A stretch of 64,000 nucleotides of DNA, from the NCBI RefSeq assembly GCF_050920415.1, contig NZ_CP169309.1; one strand, given 5' to 3'. The notes beneath the pieces were generated by a model that saw only the letters and a program-made list of their open reading frames with translations, was not told where the DNA came from and made no database searches. Position numbers and translations under genes: made by a program. This stretch comes from Escherichia coli (GTDB taxonomy: Bacteria > Pseudomonadota > Gammaproteobacteria > Enterobacterales > Enterobacteriaceae). Below are positions 11,173-21,543 of the stretch, piece by piece; within the stretch, counting starts at the first letter, position 1, and the number at the start of each line of letters is the position of its first letter.

Positions 11173-11268
11173 TCAACGGATAACGTAGCATTTACTGATG
11201 GCGTCATTATAATGACGCCTGTTCATGCCTGCGCTTGTTGGCTACGTCCGTTGTAATCAGGAAATTTC

Positions 11269-11967
11269 ATGGAAAATCAACCTAAGTTGAATAGCAGTAA
11301 AGAAGTAATCGCGTTTCTGGCCGAACGTTTTCCCCACTGTTTCAGTGCGGAAGGTGAAGCGCGTCCGCTGAAAATCGGTATTTTTCAGGATTTGGTCGAT
11401 CGTGTTGCCGGGGAAATGAACCTGAGCAAAACGCAATTGCGATCCGCTTTACGTCTCTATACCTCGAGCTGGCGTTACCTTTACGGTGTTAAACCCGGCG
11501 CAACGCGTGTCGATCTTGACGGCAACCCATGCGGTGAGCTGGACGAGCAACATGTAGAGCATGCTCGCAAGCAGCTTGAAGAAGCGAAAGCACGTGTTCA
11601 AGCACAGCGTGCTGAGCAGCAAGCGAAAAAACGCGAAGCTGCCACAGCTGCTGGTGAGAAAGAAGACGCACCGCGCCGTGAACGCAAGCCACGTTCGACC
11701 ACGCCACGCCGCAAAGAAGGCGCTGAGCGTAAACCACGTGCGCAAAAGCCGGTAGAGAAAGCGCCAAAAACAGCAAAAGCACCTCGCGAAGAACAGCACA
11801 CCCCAGTTTCCGACATTTCAGCTCTGACTGTCGGACAAGCCCTGAAGGTGAAAGCGGGTCAAAACGCGATGGATGCCACCGTATTAGAAATCACCAAAGA
11901 CGGCGTCCGCGTCCAACTGAATTCGGGTATGTCTTTGATTGTGCGCGCAGAACACCTGGTGTTCTGA
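11269..11967 (+). CDS. proQ: RNA chaperone ProQ
   Basis: ORF 232 aa; FinO-like N-domain, Lys/Arg/Ala-rich linker, Hfq-like C-domain. Confidence 0.95.
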   Translation: MENQPKLNSSKEVIAFLAERFPHCFSAEGEARPLKIGIFQDLVDRVAGEMNLSKTQLRSALRLYTSSWRYLYGVKPGATRVDLDGNPCGELDEQHVEHARKQLEEAKARVQAQRAEQQAKKREAATAAGEKEDAPRRERKPRSTTPRRKEGAERKPRAQKPVEKAPKTAKAPREEQHTPVSDISALTVGQALKVKAGQNAMDATVLEITKDGVRVQLNSGMSLIVRAEHLVF

Positions 11968-11986
11968 AACGGAGGCCGGGCCAGGC

Positions 11987-14035
11987 ATGAACATGTTTTT
12001 TAGGCTTACCGCGTTAGCTGGCCTGCTTGCAATAGCAGGCCAGACCTTCGCTGTAGAAGATATCACGCGTGCTGATCAAATTCCGGTGTTAAAGGAAGAG
12101 ACGCAGCATGCGACGGTGAGTGAGCGCGTAACGTCGCGCTTCACCCGTTCTCATTATCGCCAGTTCGACCTCGATCAGGCATTTTCGGCTAAAATCTTTG
12201 ACCGCTACCTTAATCTGCTCGATTACAGCCACAACGTGCTGCTGGCAAGCGATGTTGAACAGTTCGCAAAAAAGAAAACCGAGTTGGGTGATGAACTGCG
12301 TTCAGGCAAACTCGACGTTTTCTACGATCTCTACAATTTGGCGCAAAAGCGCCGTTTTGAACGTTACCAGTACGCTTTGTCGGTACTGGAAAAGCCGATG
12401 GATTTTACCGGCAACGACACTTATAACCTTGACCGCAGCAAAGCTCCATGGCCGAAAAACGAGGCTGAGTTGAACGCGCTGTGGGACAGTAAAGTCAAAT
12501 TCGACGAGTTAAGCCTGAAGCTGACAGGAAAAACGGATAAAGAAATTCGTGAAACCCTGACTCGCCGCTACAAATTTGCCATTCGTCGTCTGGCGCAAAC
12601 CAACAGCGAAGATGTTTTCTCGCTGGCAATGACGGCGTTTGCTCGTGAAATAGACCCGCATACCAACTATCTTTCCCCGCGTAATACCGAACAGTTCAAC
12701 ACTGAAATGAGTTTGTCGCTGGAAGGTATTGGCGCAGTGCTGCAAATGGATGATGACTACACCGTTATCAATTCGATGGTGGCAGGTGGCCCGGCAGCGA
12801 AGAGTAAAGCTATCAGCGTTGGTGACAAAATTGTCGGTGTTGGTCAAACAGGCAAGCCGATGGTTGACGTGATTGGCTGGCGTCTTGATGACGTGGTTGC
12901 CTTAATTAAAGGGCCGAAGGGCAGTAAAGTTCGTCTGGAAATTTTACCTGCCGGTAAAGGGACCAAGACCCGTACTGTAACGTTGACCCGTGAACGTATT
13001 CGCCTCGAAGACCGCGCGGTTAAAATGTCGGTGAAGACCGTCGGTAAAGAGAAAGTTGGCGTGCTGGATATTCCTGGCTTCTATGTGGGTTTGACAGATG
13101 ATGTCAAAGTACAACTGCAGAAACTGGAAAAACAGAATGTCAGCAGTGTGATCATCGACCTGCGTAGCAATGGCGGTGGGGCGTTGACCGAGGCAGTATC
13201 GCTTTCAGGCCTGTTTATTCCTGCAGGTCCGATTGTTCAGGTTCGTGATAACAACGGTAAAGTTCGTGAAGACAGCGATACCGACGGTCAGGTCTTCTAT
13301 AAAGGCCCGCTGGTGGTGCTGGTTGACCGCTTTAGTGCTTCGGCTTCAGAAATCTTTGCTGCGGCAATGCAGGATTACGGTCGTGCGCTGGTTGTGGGTG
13401 AACCGACATTTGGTAAAGGCACTGTCCAGCAGTACCGTTCATTGAACCGTATTTACGATCAGATGTTACGTCCTGAATGGCCAGCTTTGGGTTCTGTTCA
13501 ATACACGATCCAGAAATTCTATCGCGTTAACGGCGGCAGTACGCAACGTAAGGGCGTAACGCCAGACATCATCATGCCGACAGGTAATGAAGAAACGGAA
13601 ACGGGAGAGAAATTTGAAGATAACGCGCTGCCGTGGGATAGCATTGATGCTGCAACCTATGTGAAATCAGGCGATTTAACGGCCTTTGAACCGGAGTTGC
13701 TGAAGGCGCATAATGCGCGTATCGCGAAAGATCCTGAGTTCCAGAACATCATGAAGGATATCGCGCGCTTCAACGCCATGAAGGACAAGCGCAATATCGT
13801 TTCTCTGAATTACGCGGTGCGTGAGAAAGAGAATAATGAAGATGATGCGACGCGTCTGGCGCGTTTGAACGAACGCTTTAAACGCGAAGGTAAACCGGAG
13901 TTGAAGAAGCTGGATGATCTACCGAAAGATTACCAGGAACCGGATCCTTATCTGGATGAGACGGTGAATATCGCACTCGATTTGGCGAAGCTTGAAAAAG
14001 CCAGACCCGCGGAACAACCCGCTCCCGTCAAGTAA
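11987..14035 (+). CDS. prc: tail-specific periplasmic protease Prc
   Basis: ORF 11939..14035; start at MNMFFRLTALAGLLAIAG... (signal peptide) gives 682 aa; GGAGG RBS at 11971..11975. Confidence 0.95.
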   Translation: MNMFFRLTALAGLLAIAGQTFAVEDITRADQIPVLKEETQHATVSERVTSRFTRSHYRQFDLDQAFSAKIFDRYLNLLDYSHNVLLASDVEQFAKKKTELGDELRSGKLDVFYDLYNLAQKRRFERYQYALSVLEKPMDFTGNDTYNLDRSKAPWPKNEAELNALWDSKVKFDELSLKLTGKTDKEIRETLTRRYKFAIRRLAQTNSEDVFSLAMTAFAREIDPHTNYLSPRNTEQFNTEMSLSLEGIGAVLQMDDDYTVINSMVAGGPAAKSKAISVGDKIVGVGQTGKPMVDVIGWRLDDVVALIKGPKGSKVRLEILPAGKGTKTRTVTLTRERIRLEDRAVKMSVKTVGKEKVGVLDIPGFYVGLTDDVKVQLQKLEKQNVSSVIIDLRSNGGGALTEAVSLSGLFIPAGPIVQVRDNNGKVREDSDTDGQVFYKGPLVVLVDRFSASASEIFAAAMQDYGRALVVGEPTFGKGTVQQYRSLNRIYDQMLRPEWPALGSVQYTIQKFYRVNGGSTQRKGVTPDIIMPTGNEETETGEKFEDNALPWDSIDAATYVKSGDLTAFEPELLKAHNARIAKDPEFQNIMKDIARFNAMKDKRNIVSLNYAVREKENNEDDATRLARLNERFKREGKPELKKLDDLPKDYQEPDPYLDETVNIALDLAKLEKARPAEQPAPVK

Positions 14036-14040
14036 CATCA

Positions 14041-14072
14041 ATCAGGCACAAGAAATTGTGCCTGATTTTTTA
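14041..14072 (+). terminator. intrinsic terminator of prc
   Basis: stem ATCAGGCACAA / TTGTGCCTGAT with GAAA loop followed by TTTTTT. Confidence 0.8.
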
Positions 14073-14226
14073 ACAGCGGCAAGATGCCGTAAATCAGATG
14101 CTACAAAATGTAAAGTTGTGTCTTTCTGGTGACTTACGCACTATCCAGACTTGAAAATAGTCGCGTAACCCATACGATGTGGGTATCGCATATTGCGTTT
14201 TGTTAAACTGAGGTAAAAAGAAAATT

Positions 14227-15108
14227 ATGATGCGAATCGCGCTCTTCCTGCTAACGAACCTGGCCGTAATGGTCGTTTTCGGGCTGGTACTGAGCCTGAC
14301 AGGGATACAGTCGAGCAGCGTTCAGGGGCTGATGATCATGGCCTTGCTGTTCGGTTTTGGTGGTTCCTTCGTTTCGCTTCTGATGTCCAAATGGATGGCA
14401 TTACGATCTGTTGGCGGGGAAGTGATCGAGCAACCGCGTAACGAAAGGGAACGTTGGCTGGTCAATACTGTAGCAACCCAGGCTCGTCAGGCGGGGATCG
14501 CTATGCCGCAAGTGGCTATCTACCATGCGCCGGACATCAACGCTTTTGCAACCGGTGCGCGCCGTGATGCCTCTCTGGTTGCTGTCAGCACCGGTTTGCT
14601 GCAGAACATGAGCCCGGATGAAGCTGAGGCGGTAATTGCTCACGAAATCAGTCACATCGCCAATGGTGATATGGTCACCATGACGCTGATTCAGGGCGTG
14701 GTGAACACCTTCGTTATCTTTATTTCACGTATTCTGGCGCAGTTGGCTGCTGGCTTCATGGGCGGTAACCGTGACGAAGGTGAAGAGAGCAACGGCAACC
14801 CACTGATCTACTTTGCCGTCGCGACGGTGCTGGAACTGGTGTTTGGTATTCTGGCGAGCATTATCACCATGTGGTTCTCGCGTCACCGTGAATTCCACGC
14901 CGATGCGGGTTCAGCAAAACTGGTTGGTCGTGAGAAAATGATTGCCGCGCTGCAACGCCTGAAAACCAGCTATGAACCACAAGAAGCAACCAGCATGATG
15001 GCTTTCTGTATTAACGGGAAGTCGAAATCGCTCAGTGAGTTGTTCATGACTCACCCGCCGCTGGATAAACGTATTGAAGCTCTGCGTACGGGTGAATACC
15101 TGAAGTAA
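14227..15108 (+). CDS. htpX: membrane zinc metalloprotease HtpX
   Basis: ORF 293 aa; HEISH zinc-binding motif visible. Confidence 0.95.
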
Positions 15109-15123
15109 TATGAAGTAAATACT

Positions 15124-15153
15124 AAAAAGCGCGTCCTGATCGACGCGCTTTTT
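15124..15153. terminator. bidirectional intrinsic terminator (htpX / yebQ)
   Basis: stem AAGCGCGTC / GACGCGCTT, A-run upstream and T-run downstream. Confidence 0.8.
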
Positions 15154-16527
15154 TTATGCCCTGGATCGTGGCTGGGTAATACGTAAGCCACTGACACAGG
15201 CAGCAATCACTGCCAGAATAGCCGCAGCCATCAGCGAGACGTGTGTACCATTATCACCAAACTGATTTAGCATCAGCGCCACCAGCGCCGCGCCACTACT
15301 CTGACCCAATAGACGAGCCGTCCCTAACATGCCACTGGCCCCACCGCTACGTTCGCGCGGAGCGGAGGTAATAATGGTGTGGTTATTGGGTGACTGGAAT
15401 AAGCCAAATCCAGCGCCACATAAGATCATCGGCCAGATAATATTGATATCCGCAGGTGACGCGGGCAGCAGAACCAGGGAAAAAAGCCCCGCAGCCATGA
15501 TGAACAACCCTAAAGCACCCAGCAATCCTGCATGTACGCGTTCAATCAAATAGCCTGCCAGCGGAGCCATCACCATTGTTGCTAACGGCCACGGTGTCAG
15601 AAGTAAACCTGTTTCGACTTCACTACGCCCGAGCACGGTTTGCAGGTAAAAGGGCAGGGAAACCATTGCCAGCATTTGTGCGCAGAAAGAGCAAACAGAT
15701 GTGCAAATAGAAAGTGAAAACAGCGGGATACGCAGTAAATCCACCGGTAGCAGCGGTACGGGAAGAGAAAGCTGGCGGCGAATAAAGAAAATACCAACGA
15801 CAACCATTACCACCAGTTCCGCGCCAATTAACGTCAGCGATTGCCCCTGAGCGAAACCACTCAATGCAGTAATAAGCAGGCCGAAGGTTAACGCGTTCAT
15901 CACGGCGCTGGGCAGGTCGAAACGGGGTTTACTGGCACGAGAGCCATTGGGTGGCAGAAAACGCATGGCCAGAAGCAGGGCGATAATACCCAACGGTACG
16001 TTGATTAAAAATAACCATTTCCAGGATGCGATGGAGAGGATTGCTGCAGCAATTGTCGGCCCGGCAGCAGAAGAGACGGCAACAATAAACGAGTTTATGC
16101 CCATCCCTCTACCCAGAAAACGTTGTGGATAGATCAGGCGGATAAGTGCGGTATTAACGCTCATCAACGCTGCACCGCCGAAACCTTGTATGACACGCGC
16201 AAGGGTGAGCATTTGTAGCGAATCAGAAAGGGCACAGAACAGTGAAGACAACAGAAAAACGACCAGACCGCATTTATAAATACGTCGATAGCCAAACATA
16301 TCGCCCAGAAACGAAAACGAGAGCAGGGAGATGACAATGGCGATTTGATAGGCGTTCACTACCCAGATGGAACTGGCCGGTGTGGCATGAAGGTCTGTGG
16401 CGATTGTTGGCAAGGCGACGTTGGCGATTGCGCCGTCAAGCACAGCCATCGAAATACCAATCACAATGGTTAATATCGCACCGTATCGCTGGGGCAACGG
16501 CAGGCCGTCGGCCTGAACTTTTGGCAT
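15154..16527 (-). CDS. yebQ: MFS transporter
   Basis: ORF 15154..16638; start at MPKVQADGLPLPQRYG... gives 457 aa; 14-TM MFS-like hydropathy. Confidence 0.85.
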   Translation of the reverse strand: MPKVQADGLPLPQRYGAILTIVIGISMAVLDGAIANVALPTIATDLHATPASSIWVVNAYQIAIVISLLSFSFLGDMFGYRRIYKCGLVVFLLSSLFCALSDSLQMLTLARVIQGFGGAALMSVNTALIRLIYPQRFLGRGMGINSFIVAVSSAAGPTIAAAILSIASWKWLFLINVPLGIIALLLAMRFLPPNGSRASKPRFDLPSAVMNALTFGLLITALSGFAQGQSLTLIGAELVVMVVVGIFFIRRQLSLPVPLLPVDLLRIPLFSLSICTSVCSFCAQMLAMVSLPFYLQTVLGRSEVETGLLLTPWPLATMVMAPLAGYLIERVHAGLLGALGLFIMAAGLFSLVLLPASPADINIIWPMILCGAGFGLFQSPNNHTIITSAPRERSGGASGMLGTARLLGQSSGAALVALMLNQFGDNGTHVSLMAAAILAVIAACVSGLRITQPRSRA

Positions 16528-16703
16528 AGGAATTTTATATCTTTGGTGAATAATCAACAGGGGTAAGATTCTAGCACTGATATTCACGGTGGATGTCGCA
16601 GAATTGTAACTAACCGGCAAAAGATGGATTGCGACCACCCAGGTGCGAAATTATAATAAAAAGCAGTTCTGATTTTTATAAAACACTCGCAATGAGGTGA
16701 TAA

Positions 16704-17495
16704 ATGGCTAACGCAGATCTGGATAAACAGCCTGATTCTGTATCTTCCGTGCTGAAAGTTTTTGGCATTTTGCAGGCGCTGGGTGAAGAGCGCGAAATAG
16801 GGATAACCGAGCTGTCGCAGCGCGTCATGATGTCAAAAAGCACCGTTTATCGCTTTTTACAGACCATGAAAACCTTGGGTTATGTGGCGCAGGAAGGGGA
16901 GTCGGAGAAATATTCGCTGACCCTGAAATTGTTTGAACTGGGCGCTCGTGCGTTACAAAACGTCGATTTAATTCGTAGTGCAGATATCCAGATGCGTGAG
17001 ATCTCCCGCCTGACCAAAGAAACGATCCACCTCGGTGCTCTGGACGAAGACAGTATTGTTTACATCCACAAAATTGACTCTATGTACAATTTGCGCATGT
17101 ATTCACGGATTGGGCGTCGTAATCCGCTGTACAGCACCGCGATTGGTAAGGTACTGCTGGCATGGCGCGATCGCGATGAAGTGAAGCAAATTCTTGAGGG
17201 CGTGGAGTATAAACGCAGTACCGAACGGACCATCACCAGTACAGAAGCGTTATTACCCGTTCTGGACCAGGTGCGCGAGCAGGGGTATGGCGAAGATAAC
17301 GAAGAGCAGGAAGAAGGACTGCGTTGCATTGCGGTTCCGGTATTTGATCGCTTTGGCGTGGTCATTGCCGGTCTGAGCATCTCCTTCCCGACGTTGCGTT
17401 TCTCTGAAGAGCGTTTACAGGAATATGTCGCAATGTTGCATACCGCGGCGCGCAAAATTTCTGCACAAATGGGTTATCACGACTATCCGTTCTGA
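16704..17495 (+). CDS. kdgR: IclR-family transcriptional repressor KdgR
   Basis: ORF 263 aa; HTH N-domain plus IclR effector domain. Confidence 0.95.
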   Translation: MANADLDKQPDSVSSVLKVFGILQALGEEREIGITELSQRVMMSKSTVYRFLQTMKTLGYVAQEGESEKYSLTLKLFELGARALQNVDLIRSADIQMREISRLTKETIHLGALDEDSIVYIHKIDSMYNLRMYSRIGRRNPLYSTAIGKVLLAWRDRDEVKQILEGVEYKRSTERTITSTEALLPVLDQVREQGYGEDNEEQEEGLRCIAVPVFDRFGVVIAGLSISFPTLRFSEERLQEYVAMLHTAARKISAQMGYHDYPF

Positions 17496-17513
17496 TGAGA
17501 GTAAGAACCTGTC

Positions 17514-17550
17514 TGAATATCAAACAGACAGGTTCTTTATTTAGCATGAG
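17514..17550 (+). terminator. intrinsic terminator of kdgR
   Basis: 12-bp stem AGAACCTGTCTG / CAGACAGGTTCT followed by T-rich tract. Confidence 0.75.
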
Positions 17551-17638
17551 AAAAATAAAGTTGAAGGTGGCGTTATATTAAACGCACTTGCGATAAGAAT
17601 ATTTTACTTATGAGTGAGAATCTGGTTATTTATTACCC

Positions 17639-17878
17639 TTAACCATTATCGACCACAATATTGCTTTTACGTAACAACGGGCAATCTGTTATCCCCAGAA
17701 AACCACTTTTAGTGTGCAGGTATTGTACCGTGCTGGTGCCTCTGGCGGTCAGATAGGTACATTGCAAACCTAATCCCGCGGCATTCTCTTTGCTTCCAAT
17801 CAAAACGCCATATCCGCTGAGTAATAATCCTATCCATACCAGTGCTATCAGCATAGCTGTGCGAATGATGAATCGCAT
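17639..17878 (-). CDS. yobH: uncharacterized secreted protein YobH
   Basis: ORF 79 aa with N-terminal hydrophobic signal sequence. Confidence 0.8.
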   Translation of the reverse strand: MRFIIRTAMLIALVWIGLLLSGYGVLIGSKENAAGLGLQCTYLTARGTSTVQYLHTKSGFLGITDCPLLRKSNIVVDNG

Positions 17879-17980
17879 TACAACCTCTTCTCTTTTTATG
17901 TTCGCTTAATCGTAGCGGCAATATGCGCTGAAGCAAGCGACTCATTCTGAAAAAGCACGAATATCGACATAGTTAGGCGC

Positions 17981-17997
17981 TGTTTAACTAACACATG
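17981..17997 (+). promoter_or_regulatory. candidate PhoP box of the mgrB promoter
   Basis: TGTTTA-actaa-CACATG (half-sites 5 nt apart) followed by TTTAAT -10-like hexamer at 18003..18008, about 40 nt upstream of mgrB. Confidence 0.45.
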
Positions 17998-18036
17998 CTA
18001 GTTTAATGACATAAGGTAGGTGAAACGGAGATTGGA

Positions 18037-18180
18037 GTGAAAAAGTTTCGATGGGTCGTTCTGGTTGTCGTGGTGTTGGCTTGCTTGCTGCTTTGGGCGC
18101 AGGTATTCAACATGATGTGCGATCAGGATGTACAATTTTTCAGCGGAATTTGTGCCATTAACCAGTTTATCCCGTGGTGA
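18037..18180 (+). CDS. mgrB: PhoQ-inhibitory small membrane protein MgrB
   Basis: 47-codon GTG-initiated [50 protein letters not shown] read by eye; absent from ORF track (<60 aa). Confidence 0.9.
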
Positions 18181-18254
18181 TATCATTTTTTCAGCACTAG
18201 ATTTTCTTCCTCTCCAGCAGTGGTAGAATAGCGCCTCTACTCAGAGGTGGTGAA

Positions 18255-18542
18255 ATGAACGAAGTTGTAAATTCAGGCGTGATGAACATTGCGTCTTTGG
18301 TTGTATCGGTGGTGGTTCTTCTTATCGGGCTCATCTTGTGGTTTTTTATCAATCGTGCCAGTTCACGAACTAACGAACAGATTGAACTGCTTGAGGCGTT
18401 GCTGGATCAGCAAAAACGTCAAAATGCACTGTTACGTCGTTTGTGCGAAGCAAACGAACCTGAGAAAGAAGATAAAAAGACCGTTGAGAGTCAAAAATCG
18501 GTTGAAGACGAAGATATTATTCGTCTGGTCGCCGAACGGTAA
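18255..18542 (+). CDS. yebO: uncharacterized membrane protein YebO
   Basis: ORF 95 aa; one TM helix then charged coiled C-terminus. Confidence 0.8.
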   Translation: MNEVVNSGVMNIASLVVSVVVLLIGLILWFFINRASSRTNEQIELLEALLDQQKRQNALLRRLCEANEPEKEDKKTVESQKSVEDEDIIRLVAER

Positions 18543-19211
18543 TCCTTCCTCAATCTTGAGTAACCCCGTCGTTGAAGGGTTACTCAATTCATCCTGATTA
18601 TACGCACTGTCATGGTGCAACTGCTTCAAATTAAAACTCTGGTCTGACTTCAAATAATTATCATATTATTTATTTGCGTAACGGGATATCAGAAAAAGAT
18701 ATTTAGCCCATTAATTTATTAGGATGTTTACATCGGATTTGTGATTAAGCGTGTTATTATTTATTAGCGAAACGTTTCTCTCTTGATTTTTTTGCGCATT
18801 CATCAATTTTTCTTATTTTAAATTTACAATACCTTTGGCGATTGACTTCTCTTTGGGGTGATTGATAGCCGTTAACTGACTGTTTTATGAGAAAAAGTGA
18901 TATAACTTTTTATTCATTGCATAGCAGAAAATGTGATATTGCACGCACTATGTAATAACTTCTCCCATTGGCCTGGAACAACTGAACTTATTGAACTATG
19001 TTAGAAAATACGTCAGTTTAAGTATCTGCCTGAACTGGCAAGGTTAAGCACAATGATATATCGGCGCGTATTCCGTTGCATAAGTGTGCAAAAAAAGTGG
19101 AAGACGTATCGAGATTTGTGCGTCTGATCGAGACATGTTTAAAAATGGCTTGCCATAATTAACGTTGTATGTGATAACAGATTTCGGGTTAAACGAGGTA
19201 CAGTTCTGTTT

Positions 19212-19355
19212 ATGTGTGGCATTTTCAGTAAAGAAGTCCTGAGTAAACACGTTGACGTTGAATACCGCTTCTCTGCCGAGCCTTATATTGGTGCCTCATG
19301 CAGTAATGTGTCAGTTTTATCTATGTTATGCCTGCGGGCGAAGAAAACAATCTAA
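19212..19355 (+). CDS. yobF: small protein YobF
   Basis: 47-codon [50 protein letters not shown] read by eye, 12 nt upstream of cspC; absent from ORF track. Confidence 0.8.
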
Positions 19356-19367
19356 GGAATTTTTCAA

Positions 19368-19577
19368 ATGGCAAAGATTAAAGGTCAGGTTAAGTGGTTC
19401 AACGAGTCTAAAGGTTTTGGCTTCATTACTCCGGCTGATGGCAGCAAAGACGTGTTCGTACACTTCTCCGCTATCCAGGGTAATGGCTTCAAAACTCTGG
19501 CTGAAGGTCAGAACGTTGAGTTCGAAATTCAGGACGGCCAGAAAGGTCCGGCAGCTGTTAACGTAACAGCTATCTGA
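19368..19577 (+). CDS. cspC: cold-shock-domain protein CspC
   Basis: ORF 69 aa [20 protein letters not shown]... with RNP motifs. Confidence 0.97.
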
Positions 19578-19622
19578 TCGAATCCACTGATCTGAAGTGT
19601 GAATACGCTTCAATCTCGCTAT

Positions 19623-19649
19623 AAAGCCTCGTCGAATGCGAGGCTTTTT
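19623..19649 (+). terminator. intrinsic terminator of cspC
   Basis: stem AAAGCCTCG / CGAGGCTTT followed by TT. Confidence 0.8.
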
Positions 19650-19742
19650 ACTTTGCTTTATCTTCGCTCCTGGCATTCGGATATTTGCCCGCCGCGTGAT
19701 TCGCGTTACACTTGCGGCCTTTAGTATCCTGCCGGAGTTGTC

Positions 19743-20552
19743 ATGTCGTTTTCCTGTCCACTTTGCCATCAGCCTCTTTCGCGTGAAAAAAACAGCTATA
19801 TCTGTCCCCAGCGACATCAGTTTGATATGGCGAAAGAAGGGTATGTCAATCTGCTGCCCGTTCAGCATAAACGGTCTCGTGATCCGGGCGACAGCGCGGA
19901 AATGATGCAAGCACGACGCGCATTCTTAGATGCCGGACATTATCAGCCGCTGCGTGATGCAATTGTTGCCCAACTGCGGGAACAGCTTGATGAAACGGCC
20001 ACGGCGGTGCTGGATATCGGCTGTGGTGAAGGGTATTACACACACGCATTTGCCGATGCGTTGCCCGAAATCACCACGTTTGGTCTGGATGTCTCGAAGG
20101 TGGCGATCAAAGCTGCGGCAAAACGCTATCCGCAGGTCACTTTTTGTGTCGCTTCCAGTCACCGTTTGCCGTTTGCCGATGCCAGCATGAACGCCATTAT
20201 TCGCATCTATGCGCCGTGTAAAGCAGAAGAATTAGCGCGCGTAGTGAAGCCCGGCGGTTGGATCATTACAGCTACGCCGGGACCGCGACATTTGATGGAG
20301 CTGAAGGGGCTGATTTACAATGAAGTACATCTTCATGCACCTCATGCAGAACAGCTGGAAGGTTTTACATTACAGCAGAGTGATGAATTGTGTTATCTGA
20401 TGCGTCTTCGCGGTGATGAGGCCGTCGCGTTATTGCAGATGACGCCGTTTGCCTGGCGTGCGAAGCCAGAAGTCTGGCAAACGCTGGCAGCAAAAGAAGT
20501 GTTTGACTGCCAGACGGACTTTAATATTCACCTCTGGCAGCGCTCTTATTAA
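19743..20552 (+). CDS. rlmA: 23S rRNA m1G745 methyltransferase
   Basis: ORF 269 aa; N-terminal Cys4 zinc motif (CPLC...CPQRH) and SAM-binding DIGCGEGYY. Confidence 0.9.
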   Translation: MSFSCPLCHQPLSREKNSYICPQRHQFDMAKEGYVNLLPVQHKRSRDPGDSAEMMQARRAFLDAGHYQPLRDAIVAQLREQLDETATAVLDIGCGEGYYTHAFADALPEITTFGLDVSKVAIKAAAKRYPQVTFCVASSHRLPFADASMNAIIRIYAPCKAEELARVVKPGGWIITATPGPRHLMELKGLIYNEVHLHAPHAEQLEGFTLQQSDELCYLMRLRGDEAVALLQMTPFAWRAKPEVWQTLAAKEVFDCQTDFNIHLWQRSY

Positions 20553-21115
20553 CCGTGGTAGTGCGTCCAGAGGATCTGGACGCCGATGCCGATCAGCACC
20601 AACCCGCCGAGAATTTCTGCTTTTTTCCCAATAATTGAGCCGATAAAGCGGCCAACCATCATCCCTAATGTCGACATAATCAAGGTTGCACAACCAATGG
20701 CCAATGCGGTCGCGATAATGTTGACCTGCAGGAAGGCCAGACCAACCCCCACAGCCATCGCATCCAGGCTGGTGGCAATCGCGGTGGTTACCAGTAGCCA
20801 GAAACCGTGTCGACGGCGCGGTTCTTCATCTTCATCATCTGCGCCACGAAAACCCTCAATAATCATTCGCCCGCCGAGGAATATCAGCAGCACAAACGCA
20901 ATCCAGTGGTTCCATTCAAGGACAAACCGGCTGGCTAACATGCCCATTCCCCAGCCGATCAGCGGTGTCAGGGTTTCGACGGCACCAAAAATAAGGCCGG
21001 TTCGCAACGCTTCAGAAAATTTCGGTTTATGGAGGGTGGCACCTTTACCGATTGATGCAGCAAATGCATCCATCGACATACCAAACGCAAGAAGAACAGT
21101 AGCAGTGATATTCAT
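20549..21115 (-). CDS. mntP: manganese efflux pump MntP
   Basis: ORF 20549..21169; start at [21 protein letters not shown]... gives 188 aa. Confidence 0.9.
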   Translation of the reverse strand: MNITATVLLAFGMSMDAFAASIGKGATLHKPKFSEALRTGLIFGAVETLTPLIGWGMGMLASRFVLEWNHWIAFVLLIFLGGRMIIEGFRGADDEDEEPRRRHGFWLLVTTAIATSLDAMAVGVGLAFLQVNIIATALAIGCATLIMSTLGMMVGRFIGSIIGKKAEILGGLVLIGIGVQILWTHYHG

Positions 21116-21124
21116 GACAACGTC

Positions 21125-21345
21125 CTGACCGGGGTATCCATAAAACACACCATCGCCCCCAGCAAACATGCATACATGAACAACAAACCGCGATGATTTT
21201 CGCGTTCATGCAGGCATAGCGATTGATGTGCATATGGTCTCGCCTGACTGAAAGTGTTCAGTCCGTACGTGCCACGTTTTGCAACGAGTATGTTGACACG
21301 TACATTTCCGGAATCTGGAAATCGGCTACTCCCCAAATGAGGGCG
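21125..21345 (-). ncRNA. yybP-ykoY manganese riboswitch in mntP 5' leader (approximate bounds)
   Basis: Minus-strand motif GGGGAGTAGCC (complement of 21324..21334) typical of the yybP-ykoY class; long untranslated leader upstream of mntP. Confidence 0.5.
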
Positions 21346-21543
21346 CAACATTAACATATTTTTAGAATATAAAACAACTGTTGGGATATATTATTTCAGC
21401 AGTTAATTGATAACGATTTTCATTTAGATTTATATATCAATGAAACGTTAAAATAAATAACAAATAAGGGATGGGATAATATAGCCTAAGCTATGTCTGA
21501 TTATTTAAAATACAGCAAACATAGCTTTGGCTAAATTCATAAC

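Noticed and set aside
18887-18955. 22-codon ORF MRKSDITFYSLHSRKCDIARTM in the cspC leader
   Set aside because: No Shine-Dalgarno sequence and no recollection of a known small protein here; likely a chance ORF in AT-rich leader.
19326-19910. 194-aa minus-strand ORF spanning cspC and the start of rlmA
   Set aside because: Overlaps two well-established plus-strand genes and the cspC terminator hairpin; no supporting signals.
20586-21128. 180-aa plus-strand ORF
   Set aside because: Antisense to mntP; Pro/Ala/Ser/Arg-rich translation characteristic of the reverse frame of a membrane-protein gene.
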